Origin: the human T2T-CHM13v2.0 reference genome, Homo sapiens
Reading direction: 5' to 3'
DNA: 64,000 bases
NCBI GenBank assembly: GCA_009914755.4
Contig: CP086569.2
Location: 15,552,001-15,616,000 of the forward strand
Positions 30,431 through 43,469 of the stretch are shown here, piece by piece. The notes beneath the pieces were generated by a model. That model was not told the DNA's origin. It searched no databases and worked only from the letters and a program-made list of their open reading frames with translations. Positions within the stretch are counted from its first letter, which is position 1. Each line of letters opens with the position of its first letter. Position numbers and translations under genes: made by a program.

Positions 30431-31749
30431 TGATAATGATATTCATCTATTCATGAATTTAATTAAATTCAAACTATTCATGTTCATTACCTAAACATCT
30501 CCCATTACCCACTAACCCACAAAACACTGTCTTATTAGGGGTTAATAATATTCATGACAATGCATGAATTCTAGGGACACATTCACACCATAGCAAAATC
30601 CATTTACACTCTCTCCTCATCAAGGTTTATGTGTTTTCCAAAGTGAGTCAGTTCAAGTTTTTTTGACCTTTCCTCTTTTGTTTTCATTAGATCTCATTTT
30701 TAGACTAACAGATTACTTTGTTCCTATAACTCATGTGTCTTTCAGAATCTGGGCCAGTTTCCACTACCCAAGTGGGATCTAGGAGTTAACCCCACCGTCA
30801 ACCCAAGTACTCCTCCTGTGTCCAATGGCCAGTCAGCCTCAATCCTGTCTTCTCTTGAGTTATGACATATTTTTCACCTTCCATTAATAGTGAGTCTGTT
30901 GAAATAGGAATTTATACTTCCTTCTTTGTCCTCCATTTCCCCAAAATCCGTTCTCTATCCTTACAATTTTATGCTAATAAATCTCATTAAGGTATGACCA
31001 GTGATTTCTACATTGCCAAACCCAGTGGCGTCTTTTTAGTGATGATCCTATATCAATATGATAGGCACTTATCACTTGCAGAATTCTTATTCCTTTTCAT
31101 TGTATCACTATGCTCTGGTTTTATTCTACAACTCTGAGAAGTTCTTTTGTATTTTCTTCTCTTACTATTCTTAAATGTTGACTTTTCTCAAGGTTTGTTC
31201 TTGACTTCATTCTGTATATTGTATGTCTGGGTAATTCATTGCATCTTCTTATCTTCCAACTATCTGCCTCTATGTGGATGATTCTTGAGTCTTTATTTTC
31301 AGCCCAGGCCACTAGCTTCATTCAGTTACAGTGTTTGTAATTTTAGCTCCTGTTAGAAATCTCTAGTTGAGTGTCACATATACACTTCAAACACAACACA
31401 TTCAAATACTGAGAAATACTCTTCCTCTAAAACCTATTCCTCACTTTGCACCCTCCTGTTGGCTAAAGGTGCCCCACATCCCAGAGTGTCCAAGATAAAA
31501 ACTGATTTTACTTCTCTTTTCTCACCACTTATGTAAATAGATATCTGCCTCTCATCATTTCTGCCCTGCAAAACATCCCTAGCTATGTGCTTTCTGCCTG
31601 TGGCCCACTGTGACAGCTTCCTTCTCTCAGTTTAGATTGTTATGCAGTCCATTACTCTTCTGCCTCCTACCATCAGGCTACTATTGGAGTCATCTTCCTG
31701 ATTCTTACATTCGATGACTTCAATGGTTAAGTGATGCATTGCAATCTTT

Positions 31750-31945
31750 CTTATATGATTTTCTGCTGCTACAACAGAATACCTGAAACTGTTATAAAAA
31801 ATAGAAATGTATTTCTAATAGTTCCAGAGGCTGACAAGTCCAACATCAAAGCACCATCATCTGGCTAGTCCTTCTTGCACCATCATCTGGCAAGACCTTC
31901 TTGCACAAAGGCAAACAACTCAAGAGAGTGAACCCACTCCTGCAA
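31750..31945 (-). mobile_element. Second copy of the same MaLR-type LTR fragment, same orientation, 1.5 kb downstream
   Basis: ttctgctgctacaacagaatacctgaaactgttataaaaaatagaaatgtatttctaatagttccagaggctgacaagtccaacatcaaagcaccatcatctggctagtcc...gaacccactcctgcaaggtc. Confidence 0.6.
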
Positions 31946-32361
31946 GGTCTTAAAAATGTATCATGGCAAAATTTCTTGAGTGGCCCCCTTTTTACCACCT
32001 GAGAAAACCTAAAACCCTTGGGACAGCATAGAAGACTCCTTAATCTGCTCATGTCTCCCTTTTCCAGTGTTAGCTCCTTTTGCTTTCTTTTGTATACCTT
32101 GTGCCCTTGCCCATTGAAACAAACAGCTCACAGTTCCCCGAGCATACCTGCCTTTCTACCTGCCTGGGAGCTGCCTTCTAATAGGCTGTATATAGGCTGT
32201 ATCTTGATGACTTCCTCTCAACTCTCCCTCTGGAAAGGTCCCAGTCATTCATTTGTTAAGGCCCAGTGAAAATTTATTTCCCTTCACAAAATATTTTTAG
32301 GTATACATATATATGCATATGTATGCTATCTGTCTATTAGATATATCTTCTTTTTGGCCTT

Positions 32362-32671
32362 TATTTTTTTATTTTTTTTATTTTTTTGCAATAGAGTTTC
32401 AGTCTGACACCCAGGCTGGAGTGCAGTGTCATGATCACTGCAATCATGCAGCCTTGACTTCCTGGGCTCAAGCAATCCTCCCACCTTAGCCTTCCGAGTA
32501 TCTGGGAATACAGGTGCATACCACCATGCCCAGCTAATTTTTATATTTTTTTGTGGAGACAGAGTCCCATTGTATTACACAGTATGGTATCAAATTTCTG
32601 GGCTCAAGCAATCCTCCTGCATCATCCTCCTAAAGTGCTGGGATTACATGCCTGTGGCCACTGTGTCTGGC
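32362..32671 (-). mobile_element. Alu SINE, full length
   Basis: T-rich head, gcaatagagtttcagtctgacacccaggctggagtgcagtgtcatgatcactgcaatc...cctcctaaagtgctgggattacatgcctgtggccactgtgtctggc. Confidence 0.9.
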
Positions 32672-33494
32672 ATTATCCTTGTTAATTTAATGCCTACCTC
32701 ACTTGTCTTTTTCAAATAATACTTAATGAATGATTTCTGGATTGATACATCCATGAATGAAATGATAGTTTGCCAAAATACAGAATATTAGAGCCTTGGT
32801 GTCACCTTGAGATTATTTAGATCAGAAAAGGGGATTTTTTTATATTAGAAGGTTATTCACTGTATTATTTTTAAAAAGTTTATTTATCTCAGGTGTGTTA
32901 ATTGTTGAGAATGTAACAGAAAATAAGATATGAATGGTCTAAGTGTTTAGGCATTATAATAAAGTTGAAGAAATGAGAAGAAATCCCATGGTGTTTCTTC
33001 TCATGCATTGATAATAAAACTTCTTTATTGATTGCAACTGTACATTGGCAGCACCGCCCCAAAACTGGAAAATAAGATCAAATTCTCCTTTGTTCTTCTT
33101 TCATCACCTTGCATTTTTATTTTCTTGGGCTTATTGTTATGAGTTTGGTTTCTAGCTTTTACAGCATAAGAAAGAAGTGGAAATCAAGACGGAAAGAAGT
33201 TACTATAGTGAGAAGGTGTCATGTCCTGCAGGCCAGTCATCTCAGAGTCTGACTGCAACACCCATGACATAGGCCATTCTTTTTCTTGCCCACGACCCTT
33301 TCCAAACTAATATCACCAGACTTATATTCCTGTCCTCTTTATAAATGGGGGCTGTTGTCTAGCAGGCTAGCTTACCGGAAAAAGGACTTTCTCAGACGTG
33401 CTTTCTCATCCTGATGGTTTCCTTTACCAGAAGTGAGGCTGCAAGCTTCAGCATGCGTTTATAACAAAAAAGAGAGATTGACTTTTTTCATTTA

Positions 33495-33633
<139 letters not shown>

Positions 33634-33637
33634 ATAG

Positions 33638-33956
33638 TTTTTTTCTGAGACAAGATCTCACTCTGTTGCCCAGTATGGAGTCCAGTGGCACAATCTCAGC
33701 TCACTTCAGCCTTAGCCTCCCAGGTTCCAGTGATCCTCTTGCCTCAGCCTCTGGAGTATCTGAGACCACAGGTGTGCACCACCATGCCCAGATATATATT
33801 TTTTTATTTTGGTAGAGATAATTTTTTTATCTTTTTGTAATTGTTGCATTTTTGCCATGTTGGCCAGGCTGGTCTTGAACTCCAGACCTCAGGTTGTCTA
33901 CCTGTCTTGGCCTCTCAAAATGCTGATATTACAGTGTAAACCACTGCGTCTGGCCT
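33638..33956 (-). mobile_element. Alu SINE, full length, nested within the + strand Alu
   Basis: tttttttctgagacaagatctcactctgttgcccagtatggagtccagtggcacaatctcagctcacttcagcc...gtcttggcctctcaaaatgctgatattacagtgtaaaccactgcgtctggcc. Confidence 0.9.
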
Positions 33957-33964
33957 CTGAAATT

Positions 33965-34113
33965 TTTTTTCCAATTAGTGTGCTTGTAGTCTCAGCTACT
34001 TAGGATGGTGAGTCAGAAGGATTGCTTGAGCCTAGGAGTTTGAGGATACAGTGAGCTGTAATCACCCCACCCTGGGTGACATAATGAGATGCTGTCTCTA
34101 TAAAAAAATAAAC
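33965..34113 (+). mobile_element. Alu SINE right arm plus A-tail (remainder of the split + strand Alu)
   Basis: ttagtgtgcttgtagtctcagctacttaggatggtgagtcagaaggattgcttgagcctaggagtttgaggatacagtgagctgtaatcaccccaccctgggtgacataatgagatgctgtctctataaaaaaataaa. Confidence 0.85.
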
Positions 34114-35782
34114 AAGTTATAAATTTTCACATAATCATAAACATGTGATGATGTGGATACTTCATTTTCACATTTAGGTCTTTAATACAGTGATACCTTC
34201 TCTTTGGGCAACAGTCATCTTCACTCTCTACTGTGTTGATAAAGTTTCCACTTTGCCCTTGAAGATTTTGTGGCTTAGGAGGAAACAATTAAAGGGATGT
34301 CCTTCAGCAGAACAGCCACCCTGTTTAGGAAGAAACTAATTATTGTGTGAAAGGGACAGGGTGATGTTATTGGGTAATGATAGTAAGAGATAAAACCAGT
34401 TCTCTTGAGCTGTTACTTAGATTCCATAACTGAGGCTGATTTTGCATCCTTGGCACTAGATGTTATTCAGCTGACAGCCATGGATTCCCAGGGGTTCCAA
34501 GAAACCCCCAAACTATCTGTCACCTTTATGAGTAGGTAAGAATGTATTTTTCTTGGAGAGGAGTATCTCCTCAAAGAAGTCTGTGATGTAGAAGAAAAGA
34601 TGAAAAATCTCTGCTTTGGATTCGGAATGTCAGGACTACTCACTTTGAACTTAAGGAGAATTTCTTCTTAGTATGTACGAGATTAAACCATATGGGGTTG
34701 CCATTTTCTTAGACCCATATAGTCATTTTCATATGGCTTTTATTTGGACAATAAGATCATTGTGTAGTCCTTTTTTCCTTTTTTCATCTCTCAAACTTTT
34801 TCTCCTCTTGGGCATATTGTTCCAGGTTTCCTTTGTGGTTTCTAGATCATAAGCATTCATGCAGTCACATTACATTCCCTCCTAAATTGTAAGCTCTCCA
34901 AAGAGAGGGGATATAGCTGCTTTATGTTCTCACCCAACTTTGAGTAGGGACAATAGCAGGAAACAGAAAGCATTTTCACAGAAAGGATGGAGTCCATTTG
35001 TGTCATATGGATCTTGTTTGAAACTTTACCTGTGTGGCCTGGGGTGAATTAATACAGCTGTCTTTAAAATCTAGAACTGAAACCTCAGCGGATTGCCATA
35101 AGGATTCCCAGAAGTTAGGAGCTCCTCAGTAAATATAAGTATCCTATTCTCTTGTGTAATGAAGCTGACCCACAGGATGATGCCAATTATATCCTTGGTA
35201 TTATAAGCATATGAACAACAGTTCATATTTATTGAGGCCTCACTATGTGTAAGACACAATTGTGTGCTTTGGGATATTTGCTCATACATGAAACAAATGT
35301 TTAAATAAAACAGCGTGCCCCACACTGGAGATGCAGCTGTCATTAGCATTGACACCTTCCCAGTATCATGGTGCCCATGTCTCCATGTGGGTTAATCTAA
35401 AGATAGGCTCAGGCATATTAAATTGGGAAGGTTGTCTTAGGATAATTCAAGCAGGATTAAGTCAATAGTGAATGAAGAGCTAGATTAAATGGGGAGTTTG
35501 GGACATGCATCTCTGCTAGATGAATTTGAGCAGGAAACATAGGCAAGACTTATCTGCTTTAGTTTTCACAGTAGGACCATGAGATTACACTACTGTTTAT
35601 TAACTCTATTACAGAGATGTGGAAACTGAGATTAGGATGATTGAATAACTCAGCCAGATTAGGAATAGGGCTGGTAGTCTTTAATGCAAGTCTCATGGGC
35701 TATGCTGCACATACTCTTAACAACTTGCTACCTTCATGGTAAAAGCGAAGAACCAACCCAATTCCCTTTGCCATTCCATTCT

Positions 35783-36172
35783 TGCTATATTAGCCTATTT
35801 TCACACTTTTATAAAGAAATACCTAAGACTGGGTAATTTACAAAGGAAGAAGGTTTAACTGATTTACAGTTCCGCATGGCTTGGGAGGCCTCAGGAAACT
35901 TACAATCATGGCAGAAGGTGAAAGGGAAGAAAGGCACCTTCTTCACAAGGCAGCAGGAAGGAGAGAAGTGCTGAGGAAAGGAGGAAGAACCCCGTATACA
36001 ACCATCAGCTCTCATGAGAACTCACTCACTATCATGAGAACATTAGGGGGGAACTGCCCCCATGATCTAAACACCCCCCACAGGGACCCTCCCCCAACAC
36101 ATGGGGATTACAATTTGGATTACAATTCTAGATGACATTTGGGACAGGACATAGAGCCAGACCACATCACCT
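35783..36172 (-). mobile_element. MaLR solo LTR, THE1/MST-like, near full length, with a small internal 11-bp duplication (gattacaattt)
   Basis: ttgctatattagcctattttcacacttttataaagaaatacctaagactgggtaatttacaaaggaagaaggtttaactgatttacagttccgcatggcttgggaggcctcaggaaacttacaatcatggcagaaggtgaaaggg...actcactcactatcatgagaacattagggggg...catggggattacaatttggattacaattctagatgacatttgggacaggacatagagccagaccacatca. Confidence 0.8.
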
Positions 36173-37367
36173 ACCATTTAATTAGCTTACTCAACTATCC
36201 TGCAAACATTCCTTAGGGAGCAAAAGGGACACACTCATAAATGGTTTTAACGTATTTTAAAAGTTATCAATATTGTAGTTTAATCATAATTTTTAAAATG
36301 GTGCATCTCATGTCATTGGCTAGGATCAGCAGATTACATGCTGTATCTTGGGGTCAATAATTGCTGCAAGCACTTTATTGGAGTTGCTGTTAGTAGTCAT
36401 GCTGTCTACTTTGTCCTTTCTTCTCCCATTTCAACCAACCTGGCAGGGATTGACCTCAGTAGTGAGTTGCTAGACATCAGGAGAAGTCAGAAGTAAGTGG
36501 AAGAGGGCCTGCTGTCTAGAAGAACCTCCCCCCACCCGCCTGGCCCATTGCAGTGACAACACAGATGCATGGGAGTAGGTTAAATAATTCTTCTCTCATT
36601 GATCCATTCATTCATCTTTCATCCATGAATTAACTATTCATGACTGATTGTTGTTGACTCTGAGCATACCACAACAAAGAGGATGCACAAACTGTCCTGC
36701 TGTTACTTTAGTTATGGGGACAGAAGATAAAGCAGTGATCAAATGCATGAAGGACAGAATTTCTGATTGTGATCATAGTTTTGAGGGAAATGAAGCAGTG
36801 ATAACATCTAACGTGGGTTATGAGGATCTCTGAGATGGAGTGTCCAGGGCATGTCTTTTTGAGGGTGAGGAATTTAAGCATCCCAGACACAAGTTCTGAC
36901 CCAAACATTAGCCTTTTCATTGTGAGAAAGGGCCTCAGGAAATTTAATAAATGTAATGGTAGGAATTCACGATAACACTACAAGAAACCAAGCTTTGTTT
37001 GTGAATGGTGGGGTTAGAAGGGGTTTGTTGCTAGAAATCCCATTTGCAGGTTCTCAGGCTGGGGTTGAAGTAGAAGCAACAATCTCTTGTCTTTTGCCAA
37101 GCAAAGAACAGTCCCTGGTATCTGGCAAAAGAGAAGTATCTTCCTCTGAATCCTGGTGTTGGCCATAAGCCAAAGTTCTATATTAATTTTCCTTTTTGGT
37201 TGAGTTGGGAAGCAGTTGGATGATTAGCTAATTTTTGCTGAAATAGAAGGAAGGCAGATTAAAAATATAGAAAATAACTCCTATTTAATGATTAAAAAAT
37301 GAGATTAATCAGACAAAGTTGTAATGAAAGGTGAAATAATTTTGTTTTATAAAACTGTAAAATTTTA

Positions 37368-37640
37368 GGCTGGGCATGGTGGCTGACACCTGTAATCACT
37401 TTGGGAAGCTGAGGTGGGAGGATTGCTTTAGCCCAGGAGTTCAAGGCCAGCCTGGTCAATATAGGGAAACTACATCTCTACAAAAATTATAGAAATTAGC
37501 CAAGCATCATGGTATGTGCCTATGGTCCCAGCTACTAGTTAGTCTGTGGCAAGTAGAATTGCTTGACCCTGAGAGATCAAGGGTACAGTGTACTCTGTCC
37601 TGGTTGATAGAGTGAGACCCTGTCACACATACACAAAAAA
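37368..37640 (+). mobile_element. Alu SINE, full length (old), with clear TSD
   Basis: ggctgggcatggtggctgacacctgtaatcactttgggaagctgaggtgggaggattgctttagcccaggagttcaaggccagcctggtcaatatagggaaactacatctctacaaaaattatagaaattagccaagcatcatgg...gagaccctgtcacacatacacaaaaaaa; TSD aaactgtaaaatttt / aaactataaaatttt. Confidence 0.9.
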
Positions 37641-38943
37641 ACTATAAAATTTTCATATGTAATAATATTGAAGCTAAAGTGGAAAATGTCATAAAATATA
37701 TTTTAATCCTATGGTATAAATTTCTCTCTGTTCATTAGTTACAAAAATTTGAGCATAAACACTTTCAAATACAAACCTGTGCAAATGTCATAGATGGCAG
37801 GTGGTATATCACTTTATATATTTAAGCTGTATGTGGGAATAAAAGGATAAAAATAAAAGTTAAATTTAAAATTCTAATGAAGGAACATATTAGAACTACA
37901 TTATGGAGGACTTTGTTCATTTATGGTCTGAGCACAGATGATGCTAAACATGGGTTGTCAACTTCAGTTGGCATCCATTTAAAATGAACACACTAAACAC
38001 CTTGAGAAGAAACTGCATGAAAAGTAAAGAGCATTATCCAAGTGAACTTCATATCTCATCATTTGCCTGTGTTTATATATTAATAAATACCTACGTAATT
38101 GGTTTAATTAATCAGTATTTTATTTTGGTGTTGAAATAATGAGTGGCTGAGCATGCCAGATGTATTCATCTGATACATTCTTCCAGTCACAGGGTAGGCT
38201 GCATTAGGTGGTAATGCTTTACCCTGAATTCATCTGTAAGTTATGAAGGGAAGTCCATAACTCTGATCTCAGAGCATTTATTCCATTGTTGATAAGCCAA
38301 GCTGTTGCTCTCACTTAGTTGTTAAGGAACAAGGCTAACTGGACCTTGATATGTAAAGTATGTAAAATGTGTCCTTTCACGAAACTCTGAAACAAACAAT
38401 GAGAACAACCAGAAAAAAATGCTAGAGTCATACAAAAGCTGTCTCTATTTTTTAGTGATCATTCCTCAAGCTCTTGTCAGCCACTGAGTGACCATAGATG
38501 GATTTGCAGTTGTTGCCAGTGTGGCTGATTTTGATAGGACTAACATAGGACCAGTGTAGGGAGCTATTTATTAAGATGTTTTTGTTAGTCAGTGTTTACA
38601 TTTTGGGTGTTCTCTGATAACATACATTAATTCCTATTGCAGTATTTAATAAAGTGTAACTGTGCCTGTTCCACATGTCTAAACATATTCAAATATGGAG
38701 ACTTTGTTTTGGTCTCTATTGCAGATACTAAATATCATATTGTAATTAGAGCTATACAGAGATTTAGCATGTAAGACTGGCAAGTCTTAGAGGCTAGCTT
38801 TTGTGATTCAGTAAGAAGGTGGTGATTGGAGTGAACAAATCACGTGGGGCACAATTTTGTGTTTCTGGCTTGAGTGACCAGTACTTTCCTCTTCCCTGCC
38901 TCAGTGCAATTTCACATTGTCTTCATTTTGTGAGATCACCCTG

Positions 38944-39397
38944 TGTCTTAGCCCATTTAGTTTTGCAATTAAGGAATCTCTGAGACTGGGCAACATACAG
39001 AGAAAAGAGGTTTATTTGGCTTATGGTTCTGCAGGCTGTACATCAATCATGGCATCAGGATCTGCTTCAAGGGTACAGATCCTAGTGAGGGCATCAGAAA
39101 GCTTGCACTCACGGTGGAAGGTGAAGAGGAGCTGGTGTATGCAGAGATTACATGTCAAGAGAAGAAGCAAGAGAATGGGGGGAAGTATGTGCTAGGCTCT
39201 TTTAAACAATCAGCTTTGGGGGGAATGAAAAGAGCAATAATTCAGGTAATTCAGCAATTACCTCAAGGAGAGCATCAAGGTGCTCATGAGGCATCCACCT
39301 CTGTGACCCAAACACCTACCAACCAGGCTTCACCTACAACATTAGGAATCAAATGTCAACCTGACACTTGGAGAGGACAAACATCCAAACTCTAGCA
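38944..39397 (-). mobile_element. MaLR/ERVL-type solo LTR (~450 bp, MST/MLT-like)
   Basis: tgtcttagcccatttagttttgcaattaaggaatctctgagactgggcaacatacagagaaaagaggtttatttggcttatggttctgcaggctgtacatcaatcatggcatcaggatctgcttcaagggtacagatcc...ctaggctcttttaaacaatcagctttgggggg...caacattaggaatcaaatgtcaacctgacacttggagaggacaaacatccaaactctagca; ORFs 38917..39195 and 39114..39395 lie inside it. Confidence 0.7.
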
Positions 39398-40033
39398 CTC
39401 TGTCTCCTTAGGTACATCTTTAATCTTCAGTGACTTACCTTCAGTGACTAAGTTCTCTTTGGAAAATGCAAATGTAGTCATGTTTCTTTTTTGCTTGTAA
39501 TGTCTTACTGATTTCCTGTTCTTTATAGCTTCATGTTGCATCTTCATCAGTTGGTGAACCAGTTGATGAAGACAAGATCAGCATCCTGAAGTATCTTCTA
39601 CACTTTACTTCAAGATTCTCAGAATGCATGTTAACTTTACTGCACAGTGCTGTTTGCCCTGGTCTGGTGTATCTCTGTTAACCCCAGTGCACTTTTCTCT
39701 GATCTTCCTAAGGCTCTTACCTTCTTAGTTCCTACGGCAGTATTTAATAAAGTGTAACTAGTGCCTGTTCCACCTTGTCATTAGTCGTTTCTGGGACTAT
39801 CTTGCCTATATGAGTATGGGCTACTGTGGGCAAGTACAATGCCTGGCATGCAGCAAGCTCTCTATTAATGATTGTTTGGCTGCTAGAGTTCTCTTTGCTG
39901 TTTTCACATCCATTCTTTTGTCATCCTCTTTTCCCTAGTCGTCTTTCCCTGTACCTTTGCCCTTGTTTCTCCATGAATCAATATAAATAGTATAAGCTTT
40001 GTGCAAAACAGACCTTCACGCTTGTCTTATGTC

Positions 40034-40345
40034 TTCATTGCTTTCTTCTGCATACTAAAAGGCCATTACCTTCCTCTCTCTGACTCTCAATTTCCTAATC
40101 TGTATAATTTTGATAGTTATCTCCCCTGTCTGCTATTTCTGACGTTGGCGTGAACACGAATATGCGAAGTACCAGACTTTCACTCCTGTCTCATGATTGC
40201 ATTGCCTTCTTCTGCATACTAAAAGGCCATTACCTTCCCTCTATGAGTCTCAATTTCCTCATCTGTATACTTTTGATAGTTGTTTCTACTGTCTGCCATT
40301 GCTGTGACAATGGCACAACTCAGATATGCAAAGTACCTTTGGGCT
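40034..40345. repeat. Tandem duplication, 2 copies of a ~156-bp unit (~85% identical)
   Basis: tcattgctttcttctgcatactaaaaggccattaccttcctctctctgactctcaatttcctaatctgtataattttgatagttatctcc... repeated as attgccttcttctgcatactaaaaggccattaccttccctctatgagtctcaatttcctcatctgtatacttttgatagttgtttct... Confidence 0.75.
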
Positions 40346-41595
40346 AAATGTGAACAAAACCTTCAACCTGCTGCATGATAATCTCACCTTTGCTTGACTG
40401 GCTAGCTCTGTTTTCTTGGTAGTTGGATGAAGAACATGCCAACAATGTTATGGACAATATTGCTTACAATATAGATGATCCCCTATTGGTAAATAGCATC
40501 ATGGCCAGGAAAAACCATAAAGACTTGAAAGAACCTAGTGGGAATACCACCCCACCTCAGGCTTCCTGGAGGGCAAGTTTTGGAGTCACTTTGCAGCTGC
40601 TATGTTCACTCTAGGGACAATGGAAACTCTGCTCATGGAGTATTTACAGGGAATATTGGCTGCTGTGAAGGCTGGGACTTCAATGCCAAGGAATACCCAA
40701 CTCCTGTGGATATGGACCTTATAGAGATCTTTGCATCTCAGCTAACCTTTGTGGAGTAGATGGTTCCCACATGCCAGCTGCAGCCTTCCTGATGAGCTGA
40801 GGGTCTTGTCTATATTGTTTTGAGTTGGTTGGCACCATGTTGACTTTGAGGAGTCTTGTTATTCTGCATGTTTAGTGTAACCTAAGAAGATCCTTACTGA
40901 ATATTAAAGAGCAAAGACAAGTGTCCCTCTAACAGAATACTGGCTAAACAATTGGTATTCTCTCTGATGCTTCTTACCTGCTTGAAAGCTCTTTTCTTTC
41001 ATCCTTCATAGTCACTTCTTACATCTGACACAACCTTCAGCTTTGCATTATTCCTTCATTATCTTTGTTTGCCCCACATTTCTTAAAAACATAGTTTTTA
41101 AATTGTGACCAAATGTACATGACATAAAATGTACCATTTTTATATGTACAGTTGAGGGGTATTAAGTGCATTCACATGGTTTTGCAAATGTACCTTTTTT
41201 TGGTCATCCTGTGTCCTTATTGTACTCTTTCCTGGTTTATGATGCAGTGTCTTATATATGATGTAATAAATGTCCCCTGGGTATCTCAGCCTTGTATACT
41301 CTGGTCTTCTGTTATATCATGTACACCTTGAGGGTAGAGATTGTGCCCTACTAATCTTCCTCCTTCATCACATGAAATATTGTCTCTGCACAGTAAATAT
41401 TCTTCAGTCTCCTTTCTGTCATGTTTTTCTGTATACCATGACACTTATTTGCCAAGGATCACTTTGACCCTCTAGGCAAAATTTCACCATTGGTAACAAT
41501 GCTAAAGTTCACATAAATCTTAAGTTGAATCTGAATTTTAAATATTTGAATATGTTTTGAGTCCCAAATTTGTCCAAAGCATAGCCACAGTGCCC

Positions 41596-41742
41596 AGCTA
41601 TTTATTTTCTGAATTTTTTTTTGGTAGAGATTGGGTCTTGCTATGTTCCCAAGGCTGGTCTGGAACTCCTAGGTTCAAGCAACCCTCCCTCCTTGACCTC
41701 TCAAAGTATTAGGATCACAGATATGAGCCACCATACATGGCC
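41596..41742 (-). mobile_element. Alu left-arm fragment (antisense)
   Basis: gcccagctatttattttctgaatttttttttggtagagattgggtcttgctatgttcccaaggctggtctggaactcctaggttcaagcaaccctccctccttgacctctcaaagtattaggatcacagatatgagccaccatacatggcc. Confidence 0.85.
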
Positions 41743-42010
41743 AAAGTTTCATATTATTTTAGAAGGTGATGAGTGTTCTGAAGTGAACTAGAGAAGGATA
41801 CGTGTTATCAGAGTTGCTGAGGAAGTTGCAGTACTTTAAGTAGGGTGATCAGTGACAACATCAATGAAAACAGAATGTGGCAGTCGAGAATTTAAAGAGT
41901 TAAGGGAAGAAGCCACGATGATATATGAGAAGGATGTTCCAGGCAGAGGGAAGAGCCAGTGCCAAGGCCCTGGGGTGGGAACATCCCTGTTCTCTTTAGC
42001 ACAGAGCAGT

Positions 42011-42365
42011 GTAATTGTCTGCTCTCATGCTGCCAGTAAAGGTATACCCAAGACTGTGTCACTTATAAAGGAGAGGTTTAATAGTCTCACTGCTCTACAT
42101 GGCTAGGGAAGCCTCACAATCATAGTGGAAGGCAAGGAGAAGCAAAGTCATGTCTTACATGGATGGCGGCAGGCAAGAGAGAGCATGTGCAGGGGAACTT
42201 TCCTCTATAAAACCATCAGATCTTATGAGACTTACTCACTGTCATGAGAACAGTATAGGAAATATCCATCCCCATGATTCTGTTACCTCCCATTACTTCC
42301 TTCCCACAATTATGGGAGCTACAATTCAATATGAGATTTGGGTGGGGACACAGCCAAACCATATC
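42011..42365 (-). mobile_element. THE1-type MaLR solo LTR, full length (~355 bp)
   Basis: Close match to the THE1 consensus reverse complement end to end: tgtaattgtctgctctcatgctgccagtaaaggtatacccaagactg...cttacatggatggcggcaggcaagagagagcatgtgcaggggaactttcctctataaaaccatcagatcttatgagacttactcactgtcatgagaacagtatagg...cccacaattatgggagctacaattcaatatgagatttgggtggggacacagccaaaccatatca. Confidence 0.85.
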
Positions 42366-43469
42366 AAGCAGTAAGATACCTGTTGCCAGAAAAGAGTGAA
42401 TAGTAGGTATCAGAGTAGAGCAACACTATTGAGATATTTGTAATTCTGAGAACCAGGAAGAACAAATGGAAAGATTTCACCTGATAAATCATGTGTCAGA
42501 GTGTGTTTTAAAGCAGGACTTTGCTTAGCTGAGGCTTACCTGTCAGGGCAAGGATGGGATGAGGGAAACCAGTTAGAATACTGATGCAAGAGTCAAGATG
42601 AAAACCTACAACTGGAAACTGAGGAGAAGTGGCTCGGTTTTTTAACACATTTGAAATAAAATTTGCTCATGATTTGGATGTGGAGTGTGGGAGATGGAAG
42701 GAAGTCCAGAGTTTTTGGCCTAAACACTGGAGAAGGTAGAGGTGATCACAGGTGACATTGGAGGATGAGCTGGCAGAGATATTCTTCAGACATTATTAGA
42801 TTTGAATGTTTGAGTTTGAAAAGTCTATGAGACATCAAACATAATATATCGCATAAGGACATGTATGACAAAGTCTGAAGTTCAAGAGAGAAATCTGTGC
42901 TGAAGAGAAAAAATATCAGCCTAGATAGTGTCGATGGTATCTAAAGTTATGAGGCTGAATGAAATTATCAAGAGAGTTCTGTGGACAGAGAAGGCAAAGG
43001 GCAAAAGACCAAGGCTGGAGTGACTGGTAGTCATAGGAGGACCTGGAATGGAAATGAAAATAATTGTATACAGTGTAAAAGAATATCTGGTAACATTGAA
43101 GTCAATGGTTGAAAAAGGCATTTCAGTGAGACAGAGGTAGTCAACTAGGTGTAATTCAAATAAGTCTCAAATGAGCATCTATTGCTAAGATTTCCACTAC
43201 AGAGGCAACCAAAAAGTGTCATCATGCTTTTGTCTGTCTGATTGTGGCAGCTGAGATTGAATAGAGGTAGGAAGAGGTGAAAAAAGAATGAGGAAAATAG
43301 AAGACATAGCAATGCAAATGTCATTGTTGACCTTTACTGGAAAAGTAATAATTTTAGTGGAGTTTGGGGGTAAAAGCACAATTGGAGCAGCTTTCAGAGA
43401 GAATAAGGTCAATAAAATTGGGATCAATATGGATAAATATTTTCAAGGATATTTTCAGAAAAGGAGGCA

